Source: Tubulanus polymorphus
Taxonomy: Eukaryota > Animalia > Nemertea
Assembly: GCF_964204645.1 (NCBI RefSeq)
Contig: NC_134032.1
Location: forward strand, 2,502,075 to 2,566,074
DNA: 64,000 nt
Reading direction: 5' to 3'
Made by a program: the position numbers and the translations under genes. Shown here piece after piece: positions 52,265-64,000 of the stretch (positions are counted from its first letter, which is position 1; every line of letters begins with the position of its first letter). The notes under the pieces are model-generated. The model worked only from the letters and a program-made list of their open reading frames with translations, ran no database searches and was not told where the DNA came from.

Positions 52265-53809
52265 AAATCTTGGCTTTTAATCATAAGTAGCAGGGTCAAT
52301 CGGTTATACTCATGGCCTGTAGTTACTTTCAAAGTTAGTTTTCTTTTTTGAAGTTTGATGCTTTTTAAAAGTTGTATTTTATTATATTGTGTCTGTGTAC
52401 TATCATATCAACTGTAATAACTACAGGATTATTATCCATATAGATATCAAATGATAGAATTTATTTGTTATAATAACTTAATGATGATTTTTAGAAGGGT
52501 GATGCTGTTTAAAAGTTGTTTTTTATTATATGTACTATTGACTGTAATAACTACGTACAGACTTATGATCCATAAATATCTTAAATAATAGAATTAATTA
52601 GGCCTGTAAAAACTTTGCGAGGATTAATTGCAATTGTATTATTATGATCTAAGTTGCACAGCATTTCATTATATTTTTTCTCTGCAAAAGGTTATTTCAA
52701 TAAAAACTGTTTTTAAATGTACAGGAAACTGAATTTAATTTTTTTAGTTTTGGAATGTGGCAGGTAGATGAAATCTAGTGAATGACTATCCTTATCAGCC
52801 AAACTTCGTGTACTGTTAAATGTTGGTTGTTGACTGGGTTGAATTTTTTTCTCGGGATCATTTTGGTTTACATTATCGTAAAAAGAAATATAACTCATGT
52901 ACCGGTAGAGCGAGTTTCAAATCAGAAGTTGACTCGTGAAAATGTTTCGATCCATCATGCATTTAATGCGTGCAACATTGCGATTCATCCATCATCCAAA
53001 CTACCGGTACCAGTACCACCCGGCATTGCACACCGCAGCAGCCGTGCGACTGATAAGAGTTCAACTCACGACATAAGATCTCTCAGATCCTATTTCTTCC
53101 AGTTCAAAAAAAAAATCTTAAAGGTAAGAATTAAGTTGGTCACGTTGCCTTTAAACAGCTAGCCTAAACGACTCATTTCGTAACTACTGGGCAAAAATAG
53201 GGGATTCGAGAGCCTAAGTCTGGAGGAGCGAGAGAGAACAGGTCCTATTCATCTGCTCATTGACTCTCACTGAAAAGGCTTGTTGCTATAAGTGTGGCGG
53301 GCTTGGTGTATGGCATTGTGTATTGTCTGTTAACTCCTACAATGATGAATAGACGCATTGTTAGTACCTCAGGCTCAGACTCAGTGAGGAATGAGTATTG
53401 AATTATTAAGTCAGTAGGCCTACTAAAAAGCAAACTAATCCAGGGGCGGTGGAAGCAATTTTTTATTGCTGCAGCCAAATGCCGATTTTGGACAGATTCT
53501 AAATATTGCCACAGCGAATTTACTTAATTTCTTCAAAAACTTGGTATTAAAAATAAAACGTCATCAGTAAATTATTGTCGCTGCAGTCGCTGCACTTCCA
53601 ACGCCACTGTAATCAATTTATCTACCTTTATTATGCATCACTTTGTTTAGGGTTTAGCTTCGAAAGGGTGAAATGATCAAATATCCACTACCATTTTTGA
53701 TCTACCAATTGGCCATTTTGAAGTAGGACTAGACTATAGGCCTAGCAGCCACATCATTTTTCATTGAGTGAATGAAAAGATGTCAACAATTATTCTTTTT
53801 TATTTTTAG

Positions 53810-56800
53810 ATGGACAAAGAATTTGAAAATACCCATTGGCCATTATTAAACACCAAGGAAAGGTAAGCATGCACTTGGGCAGGTCTCTACTATCAAACCA
53901 TTCAGACCTAGTTCTTATAATTAACTGATACATGCACTATCATTACGTTGTTGACTTAGCCTAATGTCGTTCCAAGATCAGAGATAACTTATGACAACCT
54001 CTCTGATGAACTTTGGCGAGTTTGACTATGAAAGATCTTTTAAGCTACTTACATTTAACAGTCGTTAACTGCTTTAGTTTCAATTTGAATTCAGACAGTC
54101 TACTTTGGTGTCCTATTATGAGAAAGGGATGACTCATTGTGGAAATGAATTTACCAAAGGAATGGTACGAGAAGCCAGTGTTGCTACAGGCATGCCAGAG
54201 AAATCAGTTAAGGTAGGCCTATATAACTTTTTCTTATGATCTAGGGCCTACGGTGTTTTCTCCAGACTTTGTGATGAAGCACTTTTACTAAAATGATAAA
54301 TTGATAAACTGTATTTTAAAAGTTTTAGTTTATTCTGTTTAAGAAATGGATAGAGAACCACAAGGTACAATGTCGAAAGAAAGCTGGGATTTACAACTAT
54401 GAAAATCTGAGTAAGAAGCAGCGCATTCGATCATGCAGACCGTACGATGTTTATCTCTCTGATAAAAAAAAAGGAAAATGTAAGCTAGATACATGTTGAT
54501 TTTAGTCAACCTCTATGTAGTTGCTGAGCCTGTTTAAAGTGAGGTGTGTGTAATTTGTATATCATTTTAGGCCAGGGAAATTGGAATGACCAAACAGAGG
54601 AAGCAATGGCTTCATACGCACAGAGGGCTGCAAGCCACAGCCAGCCTATCGGCCCAGAAAATAAAGAAAATAACATTGAATTTCTGGTGCATGAACTAGA
54701 AAAAAAGGTAGGCCGTTTCATTTAACCATTAATGTTTATGTTATTTGCAGTCATCTAAATAACATAATTATACTTCAGGTAAATAAATTTACTTCGACAA
54801 CAGAAAAGTTGGATGTTGTGGCTATTGCTATTACTAAGGATGGGAATAGAATGTTTATATGTGGATCACCAATTCCAACAAAGTGGTTTGAAAAACAGAG
54901 AGAGGTTCAGCAAAGTCTGAAGTCACTTTATCAGCCAGGTAAAGATAATTCAAACATACACACTTTCACTATCATTAACTAAGATAATTCAGGCAGTCTC
55001 AGTTTCTATACGTTTGTTGCTACATTCAGATGATGACAATCAATTAGAAGATGTCAACGTACTGCGATCGAAAGTCACAGATATGTTCAATCGTAAATAC
55101 AGTAAGCATATATTTTAGCTACTTGATTTGATTATACATTCAAATAGTCGAAAAATTCAGCATTTGACAATCGTAATCATTTCATATGCGCCATTATATA
55201 GCTTCAGCAATAAAGGGTATCTCCGGGACGAGATGCAGCTACAAAGCGGTTGATGCTGGTCAAGTCAGGGCATTTAATTTGCCAACTGGAATAATTTTGA
55301 AAAGACCATCATCTTATGCAAAAAACTCGCTGAAAGCACTTTTGAAAAAGGAAGATAAAATATACTTCGAAGGTACACTGTTTCAACTTACCGGTAATAG
55401 ATATTTAACACACTAAGTTAGACACACTATTACATAATATATCAACATTTATCTTGATGTTGATATATTGAATGTCATTATTAGGCCACACAAAGAAATA
55501 CCGTAGTTTCTCAGGTTTTTTCTGGAAAGTGACGCTGGTGAGCAAATTATATTTTCATAGCTCCTTTGAAAAAGAGTTGAAATAAATAGCTCGAAACCAG
55601 AGACTTATATAAGAGATGCGGGAAGTAAGTAAATAACAAATACAGCGGTGCGGGCGAGCAGGATTTAATTTTTATAATAAAAAAAGACGATTCAGATTGA
55701 TGGTTTGCCAATGCGGGTTAGCGCATTTGAATTTTCGATTTTAATTTAATTAATTTCGATTTTTACTTTTTTTATGATGCGGGTGGCATTTGACCTTGAA
55801 GAACTAGGGTATTTCTTTGTGTGGGCTTAATGAATTGAAATACAATGTACTGGTACTGGTATATGTCTTAATGGAATATGGAAGGATAACATCAGAATTA
55901 TTTCTTATTAGTTGATACTATGAGCCACGAAGAAGCAGCGTCACCAACTGAAGAACTTCAGTTTCCAGAAGCCACTGAAGGTACAACTAAGTCTTTTTGT
56001 CTTATAAACTTACAAGCTATGGTAATATTGGGGTAAATTATCTTGTTTCTCATTGTAGATTCAGATGCTACAGAGATCATCAGAGGTACGTATTCTTATG
56101 TTATTCTTACGTTTAAGCAAAAAAGATATTGTTGTATCGCTAGGCTGAATTATTCTTTCTTTTTTTCATCAGAACCTAATATGGCAAAAAGAAAAGCCGA
56201 AGTCCTCACAAAGAAAACAGGGAAATCAGGTACGTTTTTAACACTAAGCTATGCAGTCTTTGATGAAAATATAATTGCACAAAATCAATTAAAAAATTGT
56301 TCTCTTTCAGTAATCAAAACTGGCATCAAGAAAAGGAAAATAAATAATGGTAGGGTATGCACGTTTAAAGAAATATTTCAAAGCAGCCAGATCAGCATTA
56401 TTGTGTTTTATAAGGTAAAAAATTGATACCTTGTTTGTCCTCGGCAATAAATTTTCTAATCAGTTTATTTCTGTAACTGCCAGGTCTGTTATTGTTAGCT
56501 TGATCATGGTTTCAAAAAAAGTAAATAAACAGAGTAGATACATGGCCACCTGCGTCAATTTTTAAGCTCAGAAATAAGAAACATGGTATCAATTCTTTTT
56601 TCCTTATATCACAAATACAATATGCTTTTTTCCAAGTAATGCATTGGTCTGTTATTTCAAAATCAATTGATATGTTTTAATGGAAATGAAATGGAAATGA
56701 AACTGATGGATAATATTAGAATTATTTCTTATTAGTTGATACTATGAGCCACGGAGAAGCAGCGTCACCAACTGAAGAACTTCTGTTTCCAGAAGCCACT

Positions 56801-57997
56801 GAAGGTACAACTAAGTCTTTTTGTCTTATAAACTTACAAGCTATGGTAATATTGGGGTAAATTATCTTGTTTCTCATTGTAGATTCAGATAGTGCAGAGA
56901 TCATCAGAGGTACGTATTGTTCTTTATATTTAGAAAATAAATAAAATGAGATATTATTGAATAGCTAGGCTGAATTATCCTTTCTTTTTTTCAACAGAAC
57001 CTATGACAAAAAGAAAAACCGAAGTTGTCACAAAGAAAAAGGAGAAATCAGGTATGCAGCCTTCAATTCAGTTAATACCAATCGAATACAGCATAACCTT
57101 TCTAGTGAACACTTCGCTTCCTAAGAAATTGTTCACTATAGAGAGGTGTTCACTAATTGGAGGTAGCACATATTTTTCCGCAAAACCCAGGTTTTAGAAA
57201 CCCTTCTTGAAGAACACTCCACATTGAAACCCCCTGTCACGTAAAACTCTGCATTTTTTGCTAGTCTAGACAGTGAACCCGCGTTCAATGCAGAGTTCAG
57301 GCGCCACAATTGACCTTGAACTTGCACTAAAGATGTTGTTCCTTACTACCGAAACTGTGTTAAGTGTAGACGCTGCTCACCGTGAACGCGGGTTTTCATT
57401 GAACCCAGGTACGTTGAAACCTGGGTACAACACGCTAGTGAGGACAAGGTTATTTTGGGATGGGACCACTGTTCACTATAAATACTCATTTGGTAAAGTT
57501 CACTAAATGGTGGTTCTGTTTAATTGAAAATGAGTAGGGAAAATTTGGTTCCCGGGTAAAAGTGTTCTCTAAGGGAGGCGTTCACTAAATAGAGGAGTTC
57601 ACTAAGGGAGGTGTTCACTGTAGTTTCGTTTAAAAAAAAAATGATTGAGTTTTTTTTCATTTTAGCAAATAAATCCAGAAAGAAACCAAATGATGGTATG
57701 TATTTATGCAGAAACAGCATCTTAAAGCGCAAAATTTCAATTGTAATATGTAGCCTGTGGTAGTATATTTGATATCAATCTTTAATTCCAGACATATTCT
57801 TGGTGGAAAAAATTGTTGGTCATCAATCGAAAGGAGGTCAACAATATTACAAAATTAAGTGGTTGGACTTCTCTTCAAAACACAACACATGGGAGCCGAT
57901 TGAAAACCTGACATCCGTTATGGATATGGTGATCTCGTATGATAAAAAGATACAAAGTATTGTAGAAAAACATCAACCAATTGAATTGAAAGAATAA
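53810..57997 (+). CDS. Atypical homeodomain + HMG-like + TFII-I/GTF2I-like segment and I-repeat + chromodomain protein, 16 exons, ~474 aa
   Basis: Exons 53810-53862, 54095-54212, 54344-54479, 54571-54707, 54779-54938, 55030-55101, 55202-55372, 55912-55980, 56059-56085, 56173-56229, 56311-56349, 56736-56804, 56883-56909, 56998-57051, 57666-57695, 57792-57997 join in frame (1425 nt). HD helix 3 TGMPEKSVKKWIENHK; I-repeat LRSKVTDMFNRKY..LPTGIILKRPSSY..LKALL..IYF; chromodomain FLVEKIV..YKIKWLDF..NTWEPIENL. Confidence 0.82.
55484..55826. mobile_element. PIF/Harbinger-type MITE with TTA TSD
   Basis: tta|ggccacacaaagaaatac ... gtatttctttgtgtgggc|tta; related ends at ~35467-35492 and ~45326-45370. 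Confidence 0.75.
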
Positions 57998-58620
57998 AAG
58001 AATTTATTATAGTACAAGAAACCAATTCATTTACATTTTTCATTCATTGAGATCGGAGTAGAGCTGTTGAGGAAACTTCACTTGCTTTGGTGAATTTAAC
58101 AATTAAATTATAGTTTAGTCTACATCAGTCTTTCTGGAAAAGAAAATATTAGAAATGCTGAAATCAATACATATATTGTGATTGGAACAGAGCCCAAATG
58201 GATTACTGAACGAAATGGAATACTGAGCAAATCCCCAAGTTCCTTGAGTGCCATAATTCAGGTACCGGTAATTTGTTGGGGGCTATTACAACTTGCCTGT
58301 TATTTGATTGTATGAATCGCACATAGGTTATCGCACATAGGTTATGTGAGAAACTTGATATCGAAGGGTCCATTCATCTTGTTGATTCTGTCCAAATGAA
58401 ATCGAATATAAATGTAATTACAAATGTGATACTCATGTATAAAAGACGATTTTTAAGTTTAACACATCTACTCTATTTAGTCGTATTACAAAATCTTTAC
58501 AATGCAATCAAATATCAACTAGGGGTTAGGGGACGCAATCGATGAGCATGCCCCCATTTGGATCCGAGCAGCCTGCAGACGGTCTCTGTGGCAGTACCCA
58601 AGAAGTTTTTATTGTGATCG

Positions 58621-59891
58621 AAACTAGGGGTCCAGGGACACCATGCCCACTTGGGAAGTGGTTTCAAATGCTCAACAATCTAACAATTTCAATATTCAAC
58701 GCCCTCTGGTGACCATATACAAAAACCAATGACCTTCAACCCAATACAATCATAAAACATGTCAGCAGCTACGATTTTGTAATTGATTGTGATAACAAAA
58801 AATGCCACGTTACTAATTTAATATGGAAATACTAAGTTAATCTACTATTCAACGCCCCCTGGTGACCATATTCAAAACCCAATAACCTTGTAACTCACCA
58901 TATTCATAGAACATGTCATGAACTACAACTTCGCAATTGATCATGGTAACAAAATATGCCTAGGTACCAATATAATAAGGAAATACCAGGTTATTCTACT
59001 ATTCAACGCCCCCTGGTGACTATGTAGAATTACTGATTTCCTTAAAACTCACCACAATCATAGATGATGTCATGAGCTACAACTTTGCAATTGATTGCGG
59101 TAACAAAATATGTATTGGTACAAATATAATATAGAAATACTAAGATATTGTATTATTCAACGCCCCCTGGTGGCCATATACAAAAAACAATGAACTTGAA
59201 ACTCACCCCAATCATAGAACACATTATACTCTAAAACTTTCTAATTCATTGTTGTAACAAAATATGCTTAGGTACCAATATAATGTCGAAAAACTTTTTC
59301 CCACCTACGAATGAGTACTAATGACACCAAGATGGCTGCCAATTGCGTCATAATTGGCGGATCAAAAATACCTATCTCGGGTATAAAACATCCCTTTACA
59401 AAGAATACCCATCACAAATTGCAATGAGAAATGGCAAACCAGTAGGAAGCTACAGGACCTAGAATTCTGGCCAAAATTGACATTTTTGGGCACTAAAAAG
59501 GTCATAGGACGGCCATCTTGAGTCAGATGGACCCAATTTTTCTTATGCTGATGGGCCCTTGGTAGATTCAAATATATTCGAAAGATCAAGGTAATTGATC
59601 ATATCGTCTTCAAAATTTCCCTCGTAAACTTCGAAAATGTGTAAAAAGTGCTGATTTTGGCAAACAACAATGGCTGCCAGTCGGCCATGTTGATTCTGAT
59701 AGGGCCAGTTTTTGGGCTGAAGATGTGTCTAGGGTAGATACATGTATAAACCAAATATCAAGACATTACCTTGAAGCGTCTTCAAAACTTCCCAAAATAA
59801 CTGGATTCCGTCTACGGACAGACGAACAGATGGACGGACGAAAAGTGAACGCAATAGCCCGCTGGGACTTAAGTCCCAAGTGGGCTAAAAA
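58621..59891 (-). mobile_element. Full-length HINE/DINE-type element, inverted relative to 45840-47312
   Basis: On the minus strand: 5' subTIR gcccacttggga with hairpin, GTCY tract, ~154-bp central repeats, 3' subTIR tcccaagtgggc. Confidence 0.8.
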
Positions 59892-60333
59892 AGTTTCATT
59901 TTTAAGTCATAAAAATTCACCCTATGTGGAAAATATGTTCGTCAGTCATGGTGACAATGTTCAAATTCAAGAAATCTCACAAAATGGAGGATTTTCTCTC
60001 CTATTCAACTGGACTAAAGGAGTCTTTTTGCCAATCCATCTAATTGGTGCAGAACTGGAATAATATTGGATTTCGGTTGTTGTCCACGATTTTTGGGAAT
60101 CTGTTAAGACCTAAATGAGGTACGTTCCCCAAAAAGTAAGCGAGATATCCCAACATAGTACGGAAGCCCTGAGACGAATCTTTATGTCGCGTAATTTCAT
60201 AATGTCGTGCATGGCCAAATAAACTCGAAATCTCATTAACTTGGGAAGTTATGAACTGGGGAACTCGTGAACCCAAGATGTCGTCTCAGGGCTTCCATAC
60301 AACAGAGAAACAGGCGTGAAGCTAACACTAACA

Positions 60334-60504
60334 GGGGTCATTCATTTATTACACGCTAGAGCCAGGAGGGGGGAAGGGATAAGTGCAATAGCGTACTGTA
60401 ATGCTTAATGTAGATGCAAAAATGGCCGATTTTGCATACTGAGGGGAGGGGGGTTGAAAAATTCAAATACTATGCGTACTGTACGTAATAAATGAATGAT
60501 CCCC
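60334..60504. mobile_element. Short MITE
   Basis: ggggtcattcatttattac ... gtaataaatgaatgatcccc. Confidence 0.75.
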
Positions 60505-60745
60505 GAAGTAGGCCTGCTAATAATGTCAAGCATGAGGCGTGGAAAACCCAAACTACTACGTCTATTTCAACTTGACTTGAGAGCACATCAGGTGGCCTAG
60601 CTCGCTCATTTTTGGTAGTACATACCTGGTCTTATTAGACCAGAAAGCACTGGCAGTGGATCTAAAACATCATTTTTTAATCCATTTGAAACTGTATTAA
60701 AAGATATCCAAAACGTCTGCATTGAAAGGGGATTAGGCCGCCTAA

Positions 60746-61142
60746 AGCCGGGTGCACACCTTTGCGATCATCGCGACATCGTATCATCGCATGCGATGTA
60801 GCGATGACACGATGAAAATCGTATCATCGCCGCATACCTTTGCTATTTTTATGAGGGCCTCGAGTTGGATTCAATCACGTGACTGAGCCGCTGATTTTGA
60901 ACATCATATGACTGCTTCATCCTTAATTCTGATTGGTTACTAAAAATTTTTATCCGGAACATCGGCAGCGTAGCCCGCAGACCTTTCTTATCTCACGGAA
61001 AAATCGCATACGAAAATAAGAAACATGTTTGATTTGTTGCGATGTAATCGGCTCCGGATGCCACCGCATACCTTTACAATGATGCGATAAAACCATGCGA
61101 TGAAGCGATCATACGATCAATCGCAAAGGTGTGTGCCGGGCT
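60746..61142. mobile_element. PIF/Harbinger MITE with TAA TSD, nested in a foldback element (~60560-61508)
   Basis: taa|agccgggtgcacacctttgcgat ... atcgcaaaggtgtgtgccgggct|taa. Confidence 0.85.
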
Positions 61143-61719
61143 TAAATAAAGAAATTTGACTCCATAATTTGAAAGTTTAACAATAGGTTTCCATGCCTAC
61201 ACACCAAACTTCAGTTGAGTTGGTAGGCATGGAAACATATTCAGATATTGATAAACATTTAAATCATAATCATGGAGTCTCTTTTCTCTCATGAACCTCT
61301 TTCAATGCAGACTTTTTGGATGTCCTTTAAAGCAGTTTAAAATTGATTAAAACACGATGTTTTAGGTCAGCTGCCATTGCTTTCCGGTCGTAGTGAGACT
61401 TTTATCAGGACAGGTATACGTGTACCACCATAACTGACTGAGTAGGCCACCCGGTATGCTTCTCACGAAATGTCACAAGTCAGGTTGAAATTGAAAATGA
61501 AATAGACATTAGGCCACCTTACTTACCAGTGTACACGGGGATTGGATGCAGATTGTCGTCTTGATCGAATTCAGGCCTAAAATCCTTGTAAAACGCGATT
61601 GTTATGCCAGCCGGAGGAGTTTTGTATGGCCCAAATAGGCTTCGTCCTTGAGAAGATGGATCTGTCGATAACAACCGACAGTCATGCCGAACTAAGTACC
61701 AAAATATAAATTTGCGACC

Positions 61720-61858
61720 AACGCGCGCGCCCTTCTGGCAATGAGTATCTAAGAAGGGTTACCATAATATAGTATACTATAACACGAGGCGATAGACTAT
61801 CAAATGAAGGTTTACCCTTCTTTGATAAAGTATCGACGAAGGGGATGTGTATCGGGTG
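61720..61858 (-). repeat. Right TIR candidate
   Basis: Ends GTGTATCGGGTG; reverse complement of 36452-36590. Confidence 0.9.
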
Positions 61859-64000
61859 GAAAAATTAACTGCATTCTATACAGGATTAATAGACACATTA
61901 CCATGCGTTCAACAGAGGTAATCCATATACACTGAGCGTCGACATCATCAATTCTAACATAGATTGAAAAGATTTTTCCAATCTGGAAATCACCTAGACT
62001 CATTGTATATTAGAACAAAAAGTTGAACTAGCCTTATTGCATATCATAAAATAGAGTGAATAGTAGAAAATCTTCAAAAAAGTTTCAGTTACCTTTCAAT
62101 ACTATCCACAGCATCAGCTGTATAGTTAGATTATTTCGATCATAGATAGCCTATAGATATTTATCTCGTCATAAGCTCAAGTAACTTTTGATTTAATTCG
62201 TCCTCTTCAATTGCAGTATGAAGATGTTATTGCAATATTGGACCTTGAATGTCGATTACAAACGATTGTCAGGCTTCACTGTTCTAAACCGTGTTCATTC
62301 GTACGATTTTCAATCTGAGCTTTTGTGAACAAATATTTCGGAAACGATCAAAAACAGAGCAAAAACCAGGAATACCATCTTCATCAGAAAGGTAAAAGGA
62401 GGTACTGAGATAATTCAAGTAATCATAATAATGGTATAGTCTTGGAAAACCAGTAATCAGTTCTGATTACTGATTACTGGAACCATAATCCGAGAACGAC
62501 GAAGGCCAAGATAACCAAACAAACGAACACAACCTACTGCGTTTACTAATTAGAAAATAGAAAAGACGTCGTCCATCAAACTGATCAACGTTTACAAATA
62601 GTCCAAGCTGATCTGAGTACTATGTGTCACTCAATCACTACCAGTGTTTTTTACATTATTACTGTGATATATCGCAGTGTAACCACGATAGAACCACGAT
62701 TCAAATCGATAGAAACCAACGACAACCGCTCGAATCTCAAAGAGTTAGATACCGCGCGACCAGAAATACCTAGTTACTAAATATCATAGAATTAGTGGCG
62801 CAACATTCGAATTCAAAAAGCTTTGATTTTGTAGAATTTCTATTTAAATCTTGAAAAGTGGATTGTCATATTTTCTACACCGTTCTTATTCCGTGCATTG
62901 TTTGCAATTGTATTATTTTCACGTGGCTTTTGTCAGTAAGATCAGCCATGTTAAAACGTTCACATTAAAGGCAGAAGGAACTTACTTCATTTGTATCGTC
63001 TGAAACGCACCACAATGTCACCAGATGTATATGTATATAGATTAGTATATCGAGCTGAAACGCACCTGCGTCACTGCGGCTTTTCCCGGCGTCGAATGGA
63101 TTTACTGGTGCAATTTACCGCTGCACAGTGACATTTATTTCAGAACCACCTGAGGCGCTAAATATTGATGGAATACCTTTCAAATGATCTATTATGTCAT
63201 GTAGCGAGGAATAAATTGATCATCTTCTTCTGCGCCTAAAATACAAAACGATTCATTGGATAATTGGCGCTGTCGGTCTTTTCCAAAGATGCCACGACTC
63301 GCGTGCTTGGCTAAAAGTGGCATTTAGCCAAGTTCTGGCGTGGCCTTCGACACAGGGCTGATAGGACGAGTGCATCCAACCATGGGCTCTACGAATCGTT
63401 TTATAGAGGTCCATGTTCCAATATCAGCGGGCAACAACTCTAGGGGCCGTTTGGGGCCTGAATTTGCAGCCCCGATGTTCGAATTGGCCGGTCCAGCGCA
63501 GAATCGCCGCACCAAATCTTGACATCAAGGCCAAGCAATGATCGCAATTTATTCGGGCCGTTAGTAATATTGGCGCCGGCCGCCGGTGCCCCGGGTTCCC
63601 AGTAATACTGACTCTAACAGTAGCAGTTTAGATACAGCAGCATGGCGACGGCTTTGTGTGTTTGAAAGTCATTTATTGGAAAAAAATCTACATCGAACGA
63701 AAAAGATCAGCCCGGCCGTGTCGACGATCGGCACCGAGTCCGGCACATCTCGCCGGTCTGAGCCGCAACGTCTATTTAGTGTATACCAATATTACACCTA
63801 CTGTGGCAATAGAGGATTGCTGGTCATTTCCGGTTGTCGAATAAATCACAAAAGAAGATTTATTGTATCTGATTTTTATAGCTTTTGTTGAAACACAAGG
63901 TGAGCGAGATACCTGTCCAAATATGATAAACCATAGCCATTGGGTTTAAATAGAATGCATTTAGATCAGTGAATGATATAGATTTCCACAATCCGATCCC

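Larger units (their letters stand above)
36452..61858 (+). mobile_element. Candidate giant (25.4 kb) KDZ-superfamily DNA transposon carrying three genes
   Basis: 139-bp inverted repeats 36452-36590 / 61720-61858 (8 mismatches by eye) starting CACCCGATACAC; enclose an intact KDZ transposase and two other intact + strand genes; no TSD found. Confidence 0.7.

Noticed and set aside
62000-64000. Short ORFs at the right end
   Set aside because: No domains or consistent splice structure recognised.

Overview
AT-rich, intron-containing eukaryotic DNA, most consistent with an invertebrate, probably a lophotrochozoan (inferred from gene and repeat families only). The left ~35 kb is mostly decayed mobile DNA: Polinton/Maverick-like viral remnants with hairpin ends and a packaging ATPase, plus Kolobok-like, Sola/DUF7869-like, pogo, Penelope and BEL/Pao fragments. 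Interleaved with these are single-exon rhodopsin-like GPCR genes, each broken by one lesion, and a spliced TSP1 + F-type lectin gene. The right part holds a candidate 25.4-kb DNA transposon (36452-61858) bounded by 139-bp, ~94%-identical inverted repeats, with no TSD found. It contains three + strand genes that I could splice by hand into uninterrupted frames: a 17-exon KDZ (Kyakuja-Dileera-Zisupton) transposase (~888 aa); a C2H2 zinc-finger gene (~494 aa) behind a 13 x 189-bp array; and a 16-exon gene (~474 aa) combining an atypical homeodomain, an HMG-like segment, a TFII-I/GTF2I-like N-terminal segment plus I-repeat, and a chromodomain. The GTF2I-like module on a KDZ element is the most notable observation. 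All domain calls are by-eye motif recognition, not database results.
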